Shown one piece after another: positions 60,894 through 64,000 of a stretch of 64,000 nt of DNA. The notes beneath the pieces are model-generated. The model did not search any database and had not been told where the DNA came from. It saw only the letters and a list, made by a program, of their open reading frames with translations. Made by a program: the position numbers and the translations under genes. The DNA lies in the NCBI GenBank assembly GCA_963745035.1, contig CAVUVW010000002.1, positions 64,001 through 128,000 of the forward strand, given 5' to 3'. This DNA is from an uncultured delta proteobacterium. Its GTDB lineage: Bacteria > Desulfobacterota > Binatia > UBA9968. Numbering within the stretch: position 1 is the first letter of the stretch; the number at the start of each line of letters is the position of its first letter.

Positions 60894-60936
60894 AAAGTAT
60901 TCTGAATCGAAATGGAGTTCTGTCTAGAATTGGACC
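60894..60936 (-). promoter_or_regulatory. Palindromic site TGTCTAGAATTGGACC (60921-60936), 21 nt from TACTTT
   Basis: Motif match with -41.5 spacing upstream of a family A gene. Confidence 0.6.
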
Positions 60937-61305
60937 GATGAAAGCTCACGCGTAAAAGTGTTTCGCTGATGTCGAGGAAAATATGTGGGCCGAGCGGTAG
61001 CGCGCTTTCTAGCTCGGCCTCGAAGGAGCCGTCTCAACCCCAAGACGCGAAGCGATCCTCGGCTTGAGGCGGGTCACTTCAGTGCATAAAAAGAAACACG
61101 CTATTTACAATTTTGCCCTATTCAGACAGCAGACGCTTGGACTTTCGCCGAAGCTTCCGTCCGCTGAAATAACAAACCTTACTTCTTTTGGACCTGCAGA
61201 TTATTCACCACTTTTATGTACAGCCGGGGGGAATGGGTATCCGAGAAGCACTCGGAGTAGTACCCATCATTCCCCGGCCTTGTCTGTTGCTCGCGATTGC
61301 CCTCG

Positions 61306-61869
61306 CTACACGCGATCGCGATATCCTGGCGCGGAATCCCTTTTGTCTTTGTCGGGGACGCTTTCTTCTCCGGTGGAGGAAACGTCGTGCGCGCCAGCAT
61401 GCTCAAAAATGTCCTTTGCGCGTCTAACTTCATCGCTGTTTTCCGAGTGAACGGAAATGAGAACGTTGCCCTCTTTGATTTTTCCCTCATACTGCTTGGC
61501 TTCATATTCCGGAATACCCAAACCGATCAACGCCCCCGAAAGCCCGCCAACCGCCGCGCCGAGACCAGCTCCGGCGAGCGCGGCCATGATCGGTCCCGCC
61601 GCGATAAAGGGTCCGACGCCAGGAATTGCCAATGAGCCGATGCCCACAAGCCATCCGAACACTCCGCCCATGACTCCCCCGGTACCCGCACCTGCAGCCG
61701 CGCCTTCCGGCGCTTTGGTATTCTGTTCGTGCGCAAAATCCCTCGTTCCCGATTTATCGGGGAACAGGACCGAAATATCGTTATTGGAGAAGCCGGCAGC
61801 CTTGAGGCCATCGACAATCCGTTCCGCCTGAGCTTCACTATCAACCAAACCAAAAACTGCTTTAGCCAT
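61306..61869 (-). CDS. General stress membrane protein (YflT/DUF3341-like, Gly-zipper)
   Basis: L..AGF...DISVL, GSLAIPGVGPFIAAGP, GIPEYEAK.YE. Confidence 0.85.
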   Translation of the reverse strand: MAKAVFGLVDSEAQAERIVDGLKAAGFSNNDISVLFPDKSGTRDFAHEQNTKAPEGAAAGAGTGGVMGGVFGWLVGIGSLAIPGVGPFIAAGPIMAALAGAGLGAAVGGLSGALIGLGIPEYEAKQYEGKIKEGNVLISVHSENSDEVRRAKDIFEHAGAHDVSSTGEESVPDKDKRDSAPGYRDRV

Positions 61870-61885
61870 AATTTTCTCCTTTACC

Positions 61886-62269
61886 TTAGCTTGCGATCTC
61901 TAATTGGTTATCGACTTTCCTTACACCTGCGATCTGTTTCGCTTTCGCTTCGATCTCAGATTTCTCCTTCTCGCTCTTCACGGGTCCCCGGAGCGTCACC
62001 GTGCCATCGTTGGTGATGATTTTGACATTCTTCCCGTTGGTAGAAAGAGCGTCGTCAGCCGTAATGGCATCTCTTATATTTTGCGTAATCGTGCGGTCGG
62101 CTTCGCTCTCCGACTGATCTCCTGCGGTCTTATTTTGATCGTCACGGTCTCGAACGTTGCGGCCGGAGTTGTCCGGCTCTACGGCGGTTTGAGAGACTTG
62201 TTTGTCCTCGGACTTTGAACAACCGGTGATGACGAACGCCGAGAACAGCAACATAATAAGAATTTTCAT
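61886..62269 (-). CDS. BON-domain lipoprotein (OsmY-like)
   Basis: Lipobox ITGC; D..IT..IR, VKII..DG.VTLRG.V, V.NQL. Confidence 0.9.
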   Translation of the reverse strand: MKILIMLLFSAFVITGCSKSEDKQVSQTAVEPDNSGRNVRDRDDQNKTAGDQSESEADRTITQNIRDAITADDALSTNGKNVKIITNDGTVTLRGPVKSEKEKSEIEAKAKQIAGVRKVDNQLEIAS

Positions 62270-62300
62270 TCGACCTCCTAGGTTTATCTCAGCTAAGAGG

Positions 62301-62316
62301 AGCGAGGAGCATGCCA
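62301..62316 (-). promoter_or_regulatory. Putative sigma54 promoter TGGCATGCTCCTCGCT
   Basis: GG-N10-GC, 32 nt above the BON gene start. Confidence 0.5.
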
Positions 62317-62752
62317 GCGTCGCGGGCGCATATTCGTGAACGATTCCAAGCCACGAAATTTGACCTCGTCCCAAAACGGAGAAGGCTTTTTGTTAACTTC
62401 CCATATGTGGGTGCGTCGTCTAGATACGTAGCCGCCCGGCAGTTAAGCGCGGCACACTTCGAATTGTGCCCGCGGCGGACGAGTAACATTGCCGCGCACC
62501 GACGAATGACGGTAAGCACGGGGTTTGTTTCGATGAGCCACGACGTGTCGTCGCCCACGGGGTAGGCGCACGAAGATTATGCGATCTGTGAAGATCATTC
62601 TGAGAGTGGAACAGTGCCGCCCAGGCCGCACGTTAGCGGGATTGCACGAGACTGACTAGGAGAAAATACTTAAACCGCGGCGACAAATCGCGCTCGATTA
62701 CGGATAGTAAACAGCCTTGGAGAGCAAGCAGGAGCGGATCCTCGGCTGACCT

Positions 62753-63049
62753 TTACTCGGATACTTCCAACTCGCCGATGTCTTTCATTGGCTTGTTGAG
62801 ATGTACGTTTACGGCGTCAAGGAAGCGCGCGCGAAAGGCAAGATTATCGAACTTCAGCCAGCTAACATACCCAAGACCGTCCATTTCTACCATCAGAAAA
62901 CATCGATTGGACTCTCGAGCATCCAAAGTAACAGCACGCAAGATTCCGAACTCCTTGAGGAGTTCCTGACTATGGTCGCGGGTTAAGTAAGAGGGCGGCC
63001 AATTTGGCACGTTGTGATATTTCATGAGCGGGTGGTCTTTTAACTTCAT
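62753..63049 (-). CDS. Hypothetical protein (MKL.DHPLM.Y....NWPP pattern)
   Basis: GAGG RBS; compact globular-looking ORF. Confidence 0.65.
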   Translation of the reverse strand: MKLKDHPLMKYHNVPNWPPSYLTRDHSQELLKEFGILRAVTLDARESNRCFLMVEMDGLGYVSWLKFDNLAFRARFLDAVNVHLNKPMKDIGELEVSE

Positions 63050-63061
63050 TCCCTCAGTACA

Positions 63062-63616
63062 TCAGTTTGCGAGGTAAAAGGGAAATCGGACTGGACCCCA
63101 CACGATGTTACATCTTTCCCGTTGAGCTCTATGCGAGCGAGAAGCGAATGGATCGCTTCGCATCAGCATCTCTCTGATCTCATCGCGATGCTTTTTCTGC
63201 TCTTGGGAAATTTGTTGCAGGAATTGAAGCACGTCGTGATGGTCGGATTCGAGGCTACGGAGCTGCTCTGCCAAATGCTCGTCGCTGCGATAATCTTCCT
63301 CCAGCGCCGTCAGCAACTGCCGCCAGCTGTTTTCGTCGGTTGGCGGAATGTCCGGCACGCCCGGCAGTTGGCCGCCGAGCGCGTGGATCTTTTGCGCAAT
63401 CCGTTCGGCGTCATTCTTGTTCTCAGCCGCGAGCTGAAGAAGTTTTTCGCGAAACTGCGGATAGCGCATCTTCTCAGCATGCTGTTCAAGCCGGTCGTAC
63501 TGCTGCATCTCCACGACGTAACGCTGGCGCAAAACGTCGACAACCCGATGAGAGTTATCCCGGGAAAGATCGAAAAAGCGGCGCCACCATTCCGACCAGT
63601 TTTGGCGAAGGTTCAT
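63062..63616 (-). CDS. Ferritin-like domain protein
   Basis: Four-helix pattern E...HA, I..LGG, E..KH; several diiron ligands look degenerate. Confidence 0.7.
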   Translation of the reverse strand: MNLRQNWSEWWRRFFDLSRDNSHRVVDVLRQRYVVEMQQYDRLEQHAEKMRYPQFREKLLQLAAENKNDAERIAQKIHALGGQLPGVPDIPPTDENSWRQLLTALEEDYRSDEHLAEQLRSLESDHHDVLQFLQQISQEQKKHRDEIREMLMRSDPFASRSHRAQRERCNIVWGPVRFPFYLAN

Positions 63617-63708
63617 AAATTCTCCCCGACAAGATCATCATTGCATGCTCATAGGCATTTCTCGTACACCATTTCGAAAATTCGTTTCTTTGGGAACATT
63701 TTACCTGG

Positions 63709-64000
63709 TTAGCTTTCGGCCGCTCGACCCTTATCTCTAGCCCCAAGGATAACGCGCACATGGTGCGCGGCGCCGTCGTCAACAAGCTGAACGTGCATAC
63801 CGGCGTTCGCGAGCGCTGCGCCGTCGAGCTCAACAGAGACCACGCCCTGCGCGACCCCTTGAGGGTTCTGCACGACGATTTCATAGCGCGCCGAGTGATA
63901 GCGGAAGGTGATTTCAAAGTTCCGCCACGCCCGCGGTATGCACGGATCGAAATAGAGAACCGTGCCGCGCAACCGAAATCCCAGGATCCACTCGACCCCG
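63709..64000 (-). CDS. C-terminus of GH94/cyclic beta-1,2-glucan synthase (NdvB-like), truncated by window edge
   Basis: EWILGFR..G..L..DPCIP..W, YEI.V.NP, LVDDG..H.VRV.LG. Confidence 0.8.
   Translation of the reverse strand, partial: GVEWILGFRLRGTVLYFDPCIPRAWRNFEITFRYHSARYEIVVQNPQGVAQGVVSVELDGAALANAGMHVQLVDDGAAHHVRVILGARDKGRAAES

Noticed and set aside
61306-61869. Second actD
   Set aside because: Gly-zipper general stress protein beside a BON gene; lacks the ActD DAYTPFP and WPAF motifs
29846-64000. Prophage or integrative element
   Set aside because: No integrase, transposase, phage structural genes, tRNA or att repeats seen; content is chromosomal stress genes

Overview
Bacterial chromosomal window, GC-rich, probably from a Binatota/Binatia-like organism (inference from NMT1/THI5-like binding proteins and lineage-typical hypothetical families). 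1-16 kb: a complete respiratory locus (NDH-2, alternative complex III actABCDEF(G), SCO, A2-type caa3 oxidase), with periodic 7/8/9-mer repeat hairpins in the gene junctions. 17-23 kb: XDH-family molybdoenzyme subunit, two ABC binding proteins and GST, with a four-helix-bundle gene enclosed by inverted heptamer arrays. 23.7-29.8 kb: ECF sigma/anti-sigma/periplasmic sensor/MacAB-OMF. 30-64 kb: an accessory stress/Fe-S region with a stand-alone nuoB-iscA-unusual ferredoxin-nuoI module, desaturase, CarD-like, VIT1, orphan sufB, Lon, a sigma54 two-component pair, a Crp/Fnr regulator and many microproteins missed by the ORF track. Best new signals: (i) a 16-bp palindrome TGTCYAATATTGRAC(A) found 8 times, four of them 21 nt and one 22 nt from a TAnnnT hexamer (CRP class II, about -41.5), pointing to an undescribed Crp/Fnr regulon that includes uncharacterised paralog families; (ii) the Fe-S-only mini complex I module; (iii) the heptamer-armed four-helix-bundle cassette and its gene-less relatives. 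Many single-base frameshifts look like long-read assembly errors. No rRNA, tRNA, CRISPR array or transposase was recognised. All calls were made by eye, without database searches.
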